Shown: positions 24,932-38,169 of the stretch, piece after piece | Numbering within the stretch: the first letter of the stretch is position 1 | How the letters are laid out: each line of letters opens with the position of its first letter | DNA from: Paramecium tetraurelia | Taxonomy: Eukaryota | Direction of reading: 5' to 3' | DNA length: 64,000 bases | Assembly: GCA_000165425.1 (NCBI GenBank) | Contig: CT868679.1 | Span: 124,001 to 188,000, forward strand | Made by a program: the position numbers and the translations under genes | Notes under the pieces: generated by a model | Databases searched by the model: none | Told to the model about the DNA's origin: nothing | What the model saw: only the letters and a program-made list of their open reading frames with translations

Positions 24932-26049
24932 ATGGAGTGCAAACAAAATCAATGTTAACATACTAATCCTGTCCCTTATAACAATAAGTTCTTTTGCAAA
25001 CTTTGCGGAATCCATATGCCTTAGGATGGAAATGTGGCTATAAAATCAGCTAAATTTTCATTTCCAGGCTATATCAATCCCATCTAAAATCTAAAAAGTC
25101 AATGGAATAGATCAGTTCCTGTTGCCCAGTTACCATTAGATTACTAAAGAGTATCAATATTATAATTAACCATAGCAACGTATATCTATGATTGATTATA
25201 TGATGGAATGGAGTGAAAAACTTGGTTTATCTATCAATTCTCTCTTCTTAGCCGTTCAATTCTTAGATTATTTTGTATCATAAAAAAAGGTGGACCCAAT
25301 TCAATTTAGATTGTATGGAGCCACTTGTTTAATGCTAGCAGGTAATTCCCATTCTTAATTTAAATTTAGCTAAATCAATAGAATTAGATGAAAGAATCCC
25401 TTTCATCAGTAAACTCAGAAGATATACTTATCTACCATATGCAACTATAGATTTCAGAAAATGTGAATGTTAAATCATCAAATAGTTTAACTGGAATTTA
25501 TAATACACTACATTAATAGACTGGGCTGAGACTGTAATATCATTAGGAATCGTATACGAATAAGACGAGTTATCTTAAACTGAAGCTATTTTGAAGGAAA
25601 AAGCAACAAATATCCCTCAATCCTAACAAGCTCAATAAACTAAATAAGAAAACATTAAAGAATAAGTAGAATCCACACCTAAAAAGTCTACTTCTACCTC
25701 TATTTCTAGAAATGTTTATAACAAAGTTTAAGACTAATTTACGAAACTATGTTTGACCCTATTGAAAGATGGGTCTTACCTAGACAAGGATCCTTCTGAA
25801 CTGACACTATCTCTAATAGGATGTGTTCGAAAAACATGTGGTCTAAAAACTCCATTGTATAATTATTCAATTATTTATAGACCTAAATGTTTACTAGAAT
25901 TATATGAAAATATCCAACCTAAATTCCAAGATTCCATAGTTGATTTATTATCAAAGTAGACTAAATAACCAACCTCTGTTGTTGGCAAGGCATTCACAAA
26001 CGACCTAGACTTTTTCAGCTTATAAAATTACAAAAACCGAGTTATATGA
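24932..26049 (+). CDS. Cyclin (cyclin-box protein)
   Basis: RISMIDYMMEWSEKLGLSINSLFLAVQFLDYF...FRLYGATCLMLAAKSIELD...KCECQIIKQFNWNL; N-terminal C/H-rich motif. Confidence 0.9.
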
Positions 26050-26245
26050 GAATACTATAGTTAAGTATACTTATTTCATAATTATTATTACTATCTTTTC
26101 TGTTTTGGGATCAATTTGATTTTTAGTATAGTATCATATGTCAATCCAAGAAACAAGTTATCAGAACAGTATTCTAGAACTATTTATCAAGCAATGTCAA
26201 AGTTTTGTTTTATAAATTTATTTATAATATTAATATAACCCAAAT

Positions 26246-26583
26246 TCATTCTTCAAGCATCTTTTTTCCTTTATCTGCATATTCTTTATTTAAATCTTCC
26301 CAATTTTCCAAAACCATTTCAAATTATTCAAAGATCATTGAATGAGTTAATCTATTTCTAGATGGTCCAACTTCCATTGAGTAAATCTTATGTGATGTAT
26401 TAGTTTCAATTGTTCTGTTCAAATAAACACCATAGCTATGGTTAACCTAATCATTTACACATAATGAGGAATCCAAATTACTGCTGCTAAACCAAATGAG
26501 AGTCTTGTTTCTCTTCCGATGTAATCATCATAAAGACCTCTGAACCACCAATGTCTATTTCTTACTGCAATAGCTGCTCCCAT
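26246..26583 (-). CDS. Small single-pass membrane protein (about 104 aa), function unknown
   Basis: MGAAIAVRNRHWWFRGLYDDYIGRETRLSFGLAAVIWIPHYVYGVYL...KKMLEE*; one 23-nt intron. Confidence 0.8.
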
Positions 26584-26835
26584 TTATTTAATTATATTTA
26601 ATTAAGATTTATTTTATAAGTGTATATTTTCAATTATCACTAAATCTAAAGGATCTGAGTGGGTTTGTGGACGTAAATCTTAAGAATCATTGTGTTTGTA
26701 TATTTTGAAAGTATAATTTTGGAATTTTTCCTATTAATTTATTACAAATTCAATGAAATATAGGAGTAGAGTTTATTGAATATTAGAAGTGTTTTAAATA
26801 ATAAATTAAAATTTATAATATTAACAGTTAGTAAA

Positions 26836-27574
26836 ATGTATTATCAATAAGTGTTGAATACAAATCAAAGTCAGGCATTTGTAAGCACAATAAATACTGA
26901 AAGAGCAAGATGTCAAACTTAACATTACAAAGAGAATTCTAAATCATTTCTCTATTAATAGCCAATTTAGTAGCAATAGTAAACTTTGAATGAATAGTTA
27001 TTAATATAAAATTAAAAGGTATTTAATAACTGCACAATATTAGCTTAGCGATTAAAATGTTAGATTATAAAACGAGTGTAAGAGACTAGAATACCATTTG
27101 AATTTAATTTAACAGAATTTTTAGCAATTAAAATAATTGTATGATTAAGATTAATTGGAAATGCAACGCATAACACATTTTTGTCATCAACAATAATAAG
27201 AGCATAATGCAATGTAAACAAGAATATTAGACTTGGAATAAGAGAATTTTTAACTTCATCATGAAATAGATCATTATTAGAAAAATTTAAAAGAATAAGA
27301 ATTTTTGGAGAACTAACGAAGAGAAATTATGATAGGTTAATAGAAGTTGATAGAACTTTAAGAAGAGATGAAAAAAGAAGTAGAACAAATAAAGCATGAT
27401 CCTTTAATGGAAATCTTGGAATTATGGAGAGATAGAGCCTTGAAATCATGCACTTATAATAGTTAATAAAAGCCAGTCAAGTAATTGAATACAACAAAAG
27501 AGAAATATCAAAAATTGACCAGATTAACCATGTAAGCAGCTGAATTATTAAGTTTTAAATTAAATTATAAATGA
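26836..27574 (+). CDS. Gln-rich coiled-coil hypothetical protein
   Basis: MYYQQVLNTNQ...; one 25-nt intron near 27019-27043; heptad-like Q/E/L/K composition. Confidence 0.7.
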
Positions 27575-28585
27575 TTACTAATGATAATGAAATTGAATAA
27601 GTTACCCTAAAGATTTTGTAATCCTCTCATTATCAAATACAATTTAAAGTGTCATTTTTTGTCACAATTCCAAAAAAGAAATCCATTTGCCAAAAAATCA
27701 GGAACGTATATAATATTATCCTATATCTAAAGATATTACAATTTTAATTATATTATTAACATTGAATCTGATATTTTGATACCTTGATATAATAACAATT
27801 AAAATTAAACTATATTTTAAAAAAGAACTAGGTGAAAAATAATTTCTAAATTATAAACCATTATTTCATTGGGTCAATATAAAATAAAAGGAAATAAAAA
27901 TAAAATTACATATATTTACAAAAATTCTCTAAGTAAATAAGTAAAGCAGATAACTAAATTTGCTATTAAAAATGTATATATGGATGGATTTCCAATTTAA
28001 AACAAATTTCGAAAAAATTGAATATAAACAAAAATGATTAAAATAATAAATGGGATCAGAAAACAAAATTAAACTTTCAACAGTTAATGATTATAAGGTT
28101 TGAATAGAAAAAACATATAGTAGATTGATATTATTAAAATAAGAAAAACAGAAGTATATATAATTTAGTGTTGCATTTGATGATAAAATTAATTTATATA
28201 TTTTTATAAATTAATAGATATATTTTTTAATCAAGCTTTTAAATTAATTATATTCGCAATTATATTAAAATTTCAGTCTAATTCATTAATATATAACAAG
28301 TTTGATATTGGTTAGGCAAACACAACTTTTACTTTGTTATATTTATTTGTATCTAAAGCTTACATTTTTCTTGTCTCCAAACAATATATTAGTTTAAGCA
28401 AGTGACTGGCTAATTTGGCACTATAATAAACCTTATTCTAAAATATAGATTCGATTTTTATATTATTGTTATGCAACTGATTTAAATTATGATATTGACG
28501 TAATGGCATATTCGATATATTATATATTTAACCGCAGATTCGGATATTGTATTTTAGGAATTAATTAAGTTCTTTTATTCGATAT

Positions 28586-29596
28586 ATGTCTTTGATTGTA
28601 AGAAATATATCAAGCATTAGAGAAGAGTGGAGATAACTCATGAAAAAGAAGATTAAAAAAACCAAAAGAAAGAATTAATATACTATACCATATAAGTTTG
28701 ATGATGATATTTAGAAATCTCAATAAAAAGATGATTCCTTGTTGATTGTTTAAAATATACCGACAACAATCCCAAATTACAATGTTTTCAGATTAAAAAC
28801 CAACATTTAGTTTTCTTTAAACATAAATAAGGATCACTCACTTGGTTCGCTATTTATGGACCCTCACTCTAACAATTATAAAATTGTTAGAATAGATAAA
28901 AGGAAAAACCTCTTCATTCTTACTTTAGATTAAATAGATAGACCTATAACACCAACGGAAGTTCTGTATTCTATATTTAGGGATAGGAACTCAGAATTAG
29001 CCCAAGCATTCATGTAATATAATAGTAGAAATCTTGATCCAAAAAATTTCAAACTTCGCACAATGTAAGAAATGCTGGAATTTGAATATTAGATTAAAGG
29101 TAAGCCTTATGCAGTTTATGTAAATATATATAAAGACGGCATATGGAAAACATTTTAAAAGATTTATAGCTAAGAAATACTACAAGTTTAAGGTATATCA
29201 GAGGACATGCTCTACCACTATTGCAACGAAACTAATTTAATACCCATAAGTGCTTATTTCGATGAGAATGATGAACAGTTGAATGTTTGTTATAAAATTT
29301 TTAAAGGAATTGTTGGCCAATAATCAATAAAAAGAGAATATATGAATTACAATGGAGAGCAATTTACTGCCTCTCTCACAGTTTAAAGTTTCTTTATATA
29401 TGACGAAGAAAAGGATGTTTTATTCGATTATACATACTTTGTCACGGATTGTGACAAGAAATGGTTATCCTAGGAGAGAGTCAAAAAGAATGAGTTAGAT
29501 TACTTTAATATCAAACCAAACTCTTGTTCGACAGAAGAGTCTTCCTATTAAGAGCCATTAAGAAGATGTGGATTCAAAATTTTAAATCAGAAGTGA
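28586..29596 (+). CDS. Hypothetical protein (336 aa), possibly PAS-like C-terminal fold
   Basis: Intronless 1011-nt ATG-TGA frame; the PAS-like reading (EILQVQGISEDML...MNYNGEQFTASLTVQSF) is only an impression. Confidence 0.75.
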
Positions 29597-30026
29597 GATA
29601 ATATTTTTAATTATTAAATATATTCTTATAGTTATTGAATTAAAATATAAAATTTAGCATTTTTATATTTTGTACTTTGGAATGTCTGATTTTCTTAATA
29701 ATAATGAAATATTCTAAGAAATACCAACAAGGTTTACAATCCAAATTAAAATAAAAAATGATACTCTTTAAATTACTCAGGATATAAAATTAATATATCA
29801 TCTTTAAAAAATATTTATGATGAAAATGTTATTATAAAAACAAGAATTCCAAACAAACAGGATTTTATTTTATTTTAATTAAATTCATTTATTGAATTTG
29901 TTCAAAATCATTTAAATCAATTAAATTGAATTCATTTATAAATTAAAGTCTTAGACTTAATTTCCACAATTTATATTAAATAAGGAGGAAATCACAGTTA
30001 ATTACTGTAACTTTATAATTGATAAA

Positions 30027-30808
30027 TCATTGATCATCATTGGCTTCCTCCTCTGGGTTGTTCCATAATGTAAGATTGTCCCTTAATAATTGCATAATGA
30101 GTGTGCAGTCCTTGTAGTTTTCTTCATTTACAGAGTCAACCTAAGCAATTGCTTATTCAAAGGCATCATTAGCAATTCTTATAGCTTCTGCTGCATTTTA
30201 TAAGATCTCGTAATAAAACACTGATTAATTTAGATGTAACCCTAATCTAATAGGAGAAGTGGTAGATAAATTCGATTTTGCCAAGACATCAGCATCTCTA
30301 ATTATTAATGGATTATTTACTTATATGCTTGAGTAGCTTATTCAACAGCTGCATGATATTCGTTATCTAATAAAAATTCAGCAAGATATCTATTATAATC
30401 TCCTTTCATCTTTAAATAGAAAACCTTACTATCAACTTACTTGGCATTTGGGTACAATGTACTATCAATTAAGTTCAAAATCTCAGCGCAAGAAATTTTC
30501 AATTCTCCTTCGATTTTATGTTTATAATTTCTAATATAATTCAGAGTGTATTAATCAGTTTATTTTCTTGATTCTTTTTATTCAATAGCAGTCAAAACTC
30601 TTAATTCAGCTCTTTTATTGCCAACCTATCATATATTAATCTATTGAATTACCACATTTTTATATGCAGCTGATAATATACTTCTCTCTTCTTTATTAAG
30701 TTCTTAATCAAGGAAATGTTTAATAAATTCTATCATATCATTAAATCTTTCTGTTTACTAAGCAATTTTAGCTAAGAATAAAAATTCCTCTCTGCTAAAT
30801 TTATTCAT
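30027..30808 (-). CDS. 14-3-3 protein
   Basis: [85 protein letters not shown]. Confidence 0.97.
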
Positions 30809-31435
30809 ATTATTAATTTTATATATTTCTTCGATTAGGAGAGAAAGAAATCAAATAAGGATTCAAAAATTAGGATCTTTCGATTTCTTAAATATACAAT
30901 TACACTAAAGTTGTAAGATAAAGAAAAAATTCAATTTATATTGTATATCAGAAATGGCATAATTAATGTGTATGAAGAATTATTTATTTATTTGGACTGT
31001 TGTACAAATGATGATGAAGTATATACATAAATTAGAAATTGAAAAAATTGCAGAAACAATTTTAATTTTATGTATTCCTAACAAAATCAGATATCAAACT
31101 TTAGAATGGGCTATTTAGCTTTACAAATTTTTGATAAACTTTAAAGAGTATGGATATTATTGTCCTTTATTTTGAATCTTTTACTTCATTATCTCCATTT
31201 GCTCCACAAGTTGATTACAATAGCGAGTTCAACAATTGTTATCTTGGAAATCAACAAAAACAGCTCAATTCTCTAAGATTATTAAGAATTCCAAGTAGGA
31301 CCTAAACAATACTAAATGATGATTCCTTAATAAATTATTTAAAAAAAATGAATTTAATCAATTTTAATTTTTCATCCCAATTTTTTTCTTTATTTCTAGA
31401 AATATGGTTATCAATATTTGGTTCTATAATAATTA

Positions 31436-31798
31436 ATGAAAAAGTAAAATTATCATAGGAATGGTGGAGCCAAAAAGAAGCATTTAACATTTGATCAAAA
31501 AGTTATGGTCCTAAAAAAATTAGGACCTAAACCATCTAAATTAAGAATTTAAGCTATGGCATAATAATATAACATTTCATCATCTACTATTATGAATTGG
31601 ATTGAAAAAGGTATTTGGACTTAAATACCCTCTGTTATACCAGAATTAGAATATTAATCTAACAAATAAAAATTAAAAAGATAGAGGGAGAACCTTATTG
31701 AGCTTGATGATACAGATTAGAATAACACAAGAAATTAAAAAAAAGAAATTGATGAACCTTAATAAAATTTATATGATTAAATAGAAATTATATTATGA
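31436..31798 (+). CDS. Small helix-turn-helix protein (CENP-B N-terminal/psq-like); upstream part possibly decayed
   Basis: KKKHLTFDQKVMVLKKL...IQAMAQQYNISSSTIMNWIEKG; 120-aa ATG-TGA frame; broken coding-like sequence at 30950-31400. Confidence 0.6.
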
Positions 31799-32713
31799 GG
31801 ACTTAATTCTATTTTTATGAGAATCAATTTATTTCATTTTATTAGTAATATCTAATAAACATATAAAAAGAAAAATATATATTTAAATCAAGCCTATAAG
31901 TAATATATTTAATTTTTAAATTAATAGCTGGTTTCTTTATATTTTTTTGCCAATAATTTATGGTATTTCATATAAGCATTATCAGAAGAGTAAAATTAAA
32001 TCAATTAGTTAAATATTATCTTGCTTAGCTTGATTTCTGTATCTCAAAATAACTATTAAAATTGATCTATCAATGTATATGTATATCAAAATAGTCATAT
32101 CATTGATTATCATTTTTATTATATATAGACATATGGCACTATGAAATAATTTTTAATTAACGCCAAAGATAAATCAAAGAGATCTACTCAAAAAGTTGAA
32201 ATTAAACATATTTTCTCTCTAATTAAACTCATTTCGAATGTTGGTAGTTCAAATTTTAAAATTATTTTTTTTAAACACTTTTAAGAGCATTCATTTCCGA
32301 TTTTTAAAGTTTCTGCTATTCAATTTCGAAAATAATAAACAAATCTAAAATTACAAAAATAATAGATAAAGACATAATTAGATTTTTTTTCTATTTTCAA
32401 ATTTAGAGACTATTTTTTAGTAAATAAGATAGAATTAAATTTATAAATCTCTTTATTTAGTTGATGTTAATCTAATTAGAATAATTATTATATCTAAAAT
32501 TACATTATTATGGACAAATTCTCGTATATTCATTGTAAAAAGATTTCTTTGAAGATTATTATAAAAATTTAATTTTTAAAGTTGTTTTATATTTATTTCA
32601 TCATAGGAATATCTTTGTAAAATATATTAATATTAGCTATTAAATATAATAAAAAGAGATGTATATTTTTATTAGATATATAAATTTTATTTATTAAGTA
32701 AAGGAAGAATTAA

Positions 32714-34029
32714 ATGAATTATGATTATATGGGAGCTATAAAAATCAAGGATGGTGTATTCTTAGGGGATTAATTTGCATCTTAGGTATATTTCAACAAT
32801 TTTATCAGGATCTGGAATTCATTGTTACAAATAAAGTATCACGAATAGTAAATTGTGCATCAAGATAGATACCAAATCATTGGGAATCAATTGGAATAAT
32901 ATATTTGTCATTTCCATGGGTAGATAATGATCAATAAGTATTTTAATAATATATGTAGATTATATTTTAATCAGATGAAAGTATTAATGTTGCAATAAAA
33001 TTCATTGATGATGCTTTGATTAATGGAGAAAGTGTGATTGTTCTTTCAGCAAGAGGCCACAATAGATCAGTGGCAGTTTTATGTGTTTATTTAATGAAGA
33101 AATATAGATGGACTCTTTATAAGACTTTATAATTTATGCATAATCGAAGACCAGATCTAGAAATCAAAGCTCATTTTTTTAATTAACTATTATCTATAGA
33201 AGCTCGATTTTCGAAATAAGGATATGGAGCAAAGACCTTTAATTGGGATGAAATATACACCCAAGGAGACAATGATGAAATAGTGTTACGGAACACTTAC
33301 TTAAATTCTTAGGCTCTGGGAGTAGCAGAATTTAAAGATCACGATTCTAAACCAAAAGAATACAAGTTAATTATTTAATTTAATTAGATTGACATTCGCT
33401 GATAAAATTACAATGTAAATACCTCCATATGATAAAATAATATTCTCAAAAAGTAAAACAACATCTAAAGTTATTAAACCAATAATAAAAGAGTCTGGTT
33501 CTTCGAAACAAATTGACTCTACATTCCAATTTCCTTAGAAGTAACAATAATAAAAACTAAATTACGAATAGAATACAAATATTTATGATAAATTATCTCA
33601 AAAACAAAAATAAACTGATCAACAAATATAAAGCCCCTTATAAATATCTCCTATTTAACCTTAAAGACCGTCTTCCGTATAATAAAGTTGTAAGACTATT
33701 CAAATAATATAGAATAACATCATAAAGTTTAATCAAATAATTACATGGATTCAAAAGAACAGTTTTTTTAAAAGTCTTAATAGCAAAATCAACTTGCAGT
33801 TACTGGCACACGTCGCCCTCAAACAGCTCCAAACTAGTTAAAGGCTCCTAGAGTTTAAACAACACCTTATAAAGGAAATAATAGCTAAGGTTAAAAATAT
33901 GAAATAGGTTTATAACCTAATTCTTAATTTAAACCAATGAGAAAAAGAGCATAATCTCCAAAGGCAGTTTACAATATTACGAATCCATATATATAAAGAG
34001 AGTTTAAAGCTAAGACATGGAAAAAATGA
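32714..34029 (+). CDS. Dual-specificity phosphatase-fold protein lacking the catalytic Cys
   Basis: KIKDGVFLGD, IVNCAS, KFIDDALINGESVIVLSARGHNRSVAVLCVYLMKKYRW...RRPDLEI..FFNQL. Confidence 0.88.
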
Positions 34030-34140
34030 GTTTTTAGCTACATCTTTTGATTATTTTAAATTGTTGATACATTATTCTAGTCATTAAAGCAATAGATTCT
34101 CCATTAAATTAGAATATAAAGTATTAATTAACATAAAATT

Positions 34141-35153
34141 ATGAATCTATCAAAATTTTATTCGCATAATAAACAATTAAATCGAATAAGAAAAAAGTAA
34201 AAGTCACCAAAGGACATTAATATGGACACACCTCCTATAAAGAGATCAGTGACTTATAATAGTGATTCAGATTTAATAAACAAGATTGTTAATACAGAAA
34301 ATTTAGTTGAGTTAATAGAAAAAATATAAAAGCAAAGGTAAGATCCTTACATAAGGAATGATCCACCTTAAACGTTAACCTTACCCCCAATTTAACATCA
34401 AATAGAAAGATAACACAATATAACTTAGAGAAATTAAAAAAAAAAATAAGAGAAAGAATATATTCCATTTACTTATCCAATTAATCCAAAGAAGATTGCC
34501 TATTATTAAGAGAATAATCTATATGGAAAATTCATAGAACCCACTGAATATAAAAAAATAAATTATGAATCTATAAAAACTATGTAGAAATATGTACATA
34601 TTTTAGTGAATCTGCGATATCAGAATAATTAGTCAATGAAAGTAGATTAAAACGATCAATGACAGAACGTAAAGATGAAGCACATAAGAACAAATTCAAA
34701 TTAATTTAGTCATCAACAGAAGATAATTTAGAAAATGAAAAAGCCATAAAAAATTATACCTTATCAAAAGTTGATTACGAAAATTTAGAAGCACTGTATA
34801 GCAAATAAGGAAAAATGAATAAAATAATAAAAAATGCATTGAAAATTAAATCTCAATAAAGAGATCCTGCGAATGCTTCCAAATCTGTTTTATCAGAAAG
34901 AATATGATCATAAATAGAGTTAAAAGAACAATATGAATAATCATTGGATTTAGCTTTATAAGGTTATGTTGTCTATGATGAAAAATAATTTGAAAAGAAA
35001 CAAGCAAACTGGTCTTCCTTGTTGCAAAGATTGACTTTAAAATAGTATACCAATAGAAGTTTGAAGTAGCAATCAGTTCATCAGAGGAAATAACTCTTTG
35101 TTAATAAAACCCTAGATATTCAAGATAAATGTTAGGAAATATTATATGAATGA
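34141..35153 (+). CDS. Hypothetical protein
   Basis: Continuous frame after removing one 23-nt intron near 34584-34606; ends KCQEILYE*. Confidence 0.7.
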
Positions 35154-35222
35154 AGTATGGCTAATATATATACTGTATTGAAAATTGGATTTAAAGAAAT
35201 TCTAGACTAATTTATTAACATA

Positions 35223-35294
35223 AGCAGGGTGGCGAAGTGGAATCGCGTTGGGCTCATAACTCAAAGGTCGGTGGATCGAAACCACTCTCTGCTA
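35223..35294 (+). tRNA. Initiator tRNA-Met (CAT)
   Basis: AGCAGGG/CTCTGCT acceptor stem with A1-U72, anticodon loop CTCATAA, initiator-type T loop GATCGAAA, 72 nt, followed by a T-run (Pol III terminator). Confidence 0.97.
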
Positions 35295-35369
35295 TATTTT
35301 TATTTATTTTATTTATTGCATTCTTAATAAGAGCAATAGAAAAAAGAATTCTTTAATAATTTTTATAAA

Positions 35370-36125
35370 TTCTTTAAGTCAAAAATTATCGCATATCTAA
35401 CTTATTTCTGTATGAGTAGATATGTGTCCTAAATCTTTAATTTGCCTTCACTACTTGCTTTTATGACCTTACTACAATCGGGAATTATAACAACTGAGTT
35501 AATTGCAAATCATGTGCAGGTATTATAAATGGAGTTGATATAAATACAGTTTATAATCTGGAACTGTGCTTTCCTAAAATATTAATATTTTATTTAAACT
35601 TCTGCTTCAATCTAAGTATATTTTCGTATATCTATTTATTTATTATCTTGCAGTTTATAATTGCTTGATAATTGGCTAAAATTATTCGCTCTGCAGTTGA
35701 GATTTGTTAATATTTTTGAACTAAGATTAGAGTGTTAAATAGCTTAAATTTTATAAATCATAAATTTCTAACTAGTTTTAACTCGTTAAATAAGTAATTC
35801 TTTATTTATATGGTCAACCCTTTCTTGGATTTCTAACATTTTTGATTCTAATAGCTCTAAGTCTTATATTATATGCTATTTCACTTTTGTAATAACCTTA
35901 ATCATATTTTTTTTTTATTTTTTAGCACTCTGTAATATTCTTCACTAATTCTACAAAATCTTCAAGAGGCGTCTAATTTGGATAGGTTGATTTATCTTTT
36001 TAACTGTTTTAGGGTAACACCCTGTTTGTTATTGAAAATTTTTTTGTAATGCACAAACTTGTTATTTCATTACTATGTTTTGGAAATTTAAGATTTGTAG
36101 ATCTATGCTAAAAGGAATTAATCAT
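35370..36125 (-). pseudogene. Decayed WD40-repeat gene
   Basis: MINSF...PKHSNEITSLCITK...; premature TGA at 35814-35816; frameshifted WD repeat IPAHD/AINSVVIIPDCSKVIKASSEGKLKIQD with TAG at the expected Trp. Confidence 0.6.
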
Positions 36126-36292
36126 AAACTTATTATAATTTAATAAAATATCAATTAAATCTCACTTACATTAGAAATAGAAAGTATTGAATAAATTCTT
36201 GTAAAATATATTGATTTAAAATGGATTTCATCTTTCTATATATCTTATTTTTCAGATTTAATAAATTGAAATTTTTAAAATATATTTTCAAA

Positions 36293-37180
36293 TCAATCTG
36301 ATTTATGGCAAATATAAATAGAATTTCGTTTCATCACGTAAATGTTTTTCTCATCTGCAGAAACTTTGAAGCTTTTCGGGTTTTTAATAAATATTATTCT
36401 AGAATATCTTCTATTTGATAATGATTAGATTTCCAAAGAAAATTCATTTAGAGAGTAAATTTTCATTAATTATTGACCTAAACATTAGCAAATCTATTAT
36501 AATTGAAAGGATTTTTTAAAAAGTAATTTACCTGTTTGTATATTGAATACTTTAAATTAGGTAGAACTTGATAAAAATAATATTTACGATACTATTTAAC
36601 ATTTATTCATTATACTATCGGCTATTAATATTGATTTATATATTTTATTGGTTTTAAGAGAATAGAAATTGCACTTTTACATGATATTTTGCTCTATTCC
36701 CAATAAAAAATCATTTTAAAAAAATAAGGTCATTTTTGGTTGATCATAACATCTAAATAAATTTTAAGATGTATTATTGATAAAGTTGTGAACAAAAAAA
36801 TTATTTTTATAGCAATAACAAATTAAATTTTAATTTTAGTGAAAAGCTGGGATTGTTAATGGATTGATTTATGATTTATATTCCATAAGTTTAATATTTG
36901 CAAAATCGTGTTAAATTTCAAAGAGTCTAAGTTTACTATACTCCATCACTATTAGAAGATAAGACTGGTGGATTAGCATCTTTGAAACCAAGAATTTCAT
37001 TTCCATAGTAGTCCTTTTATATTAATCGTCTCTGATATCTATACAGATTATTTTGTCTTATGCAACACAAATCAAATAAGACTCATCTTAACTTAGACAA
37101 CTCTCATATATAATAATCTTTTTATTGAATTTTATGGTTTTCATCTAAATATAAGTATTTGAAAGGTTCTATTATTTCAT
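36293..37180 (-). CDS. Hypothetical beta-propeller-like protein (295 aa)
   Basis: Intronless 888-nt frame with blade-like motifs LSQDESYLICV, FKVFNIQTGKLL, FKVSADEKNIYV. Confidence 0.65.
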
Positions 37181-37227
37181 TAAAATATTTGAATTATAAT
37201 GTTATTATCTAATAAGAGCTAAAAAAT

Positions 37228-38103
37228 TCAATTTATTTCAAAATGTTTATAAAACTCAAAGTCTTCCTTCCCTTCCAGATGATTTTCAAAATAGTTTTCT
37301 CCAGCCGTAACTTTAGGAAAGGTTAGCTCTAAGTAATTGAGGGCTAGCTTGTTAGGTATTGGCAAAATCCATTATATAAAGTTATTTCCTAAAAGTCTTT
37401 TCAATTTGGAACTGTAAACTTCGTATGATGAATACTTACCCGCTCTTTATTCATTATAAGTAGTCAAATCAGGTAATTAAATAAGTTTATCTTTCAGCAA
37501 ATTAGAAACTATTAAATAAGCTCCAATACTAATAATAAATTATAATAGTTTTGTTGTAACCTCAAAAACTGAAATTTAAGCCCAAAAGGAAGTCAGTGTT
37601 AAATTTATTAATCCCTCAATGTGAATTTGATAAGCAAATTTGACAATCGAAATTACGCATGAATTACAATGCATAAACAATAAAATCGTAAAGTACACTA
37701 AAAATTGGCTAAAATATTTTAAATTCTTGTAGCCTACACAACAATTTAGCCAAGCACAATGATGATCTCTGTAATGAACGCATATATTACAAGTTTAGCA
37801 ATGATGGGTCTTTGGTGGTTTCCAATTTTCGCATTTTTCACATTTCTGATCTAAATATTTTTCATTTAGCTTAATAGCTTTGATGCTACAATTTTTTTCT
37901 TTCATTAATTCAATAGGAGTCTTAGTAATTTTTATTGGTCCAGGATGTGTATTTACGATTTAATAGTGTGACCAAATAAGCAAAATTTAAATAGTAAATG
38001 GAGCCATCCAATTGATCCCAAAATTGCTTTCCAAAATAATAAAAAAGGAAACTGCATAAAACGACTATAGGATTTGTTTAAATGGTAATTAATTTATATC
38101 CAT
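37228..38103 (-). CDS. DHHC palmitoyltransferase
   Basis: CEKCENWKPPKTHHCQTCNICVHYRDHHCAWLNCCVGYKNLKYFSQFL; flanking TM segments; intronless. Confidence 0.95.
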
Positions 38104-38169
38104 CAATGAAGTAGATAATTTAAAATTAATATTAACGATTTCTTTATATAAAATTGAAATGAGAAAACT

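Noticed and set aside
27575..28585. Long AT-rich gaps (also 31800-32710, 41125-41820, 50220-51110) as regulatory or germline-limited elements
   Set aside because: No repeats, IES-like end pairs, telomeric repeats or convincing frames identified by eye.
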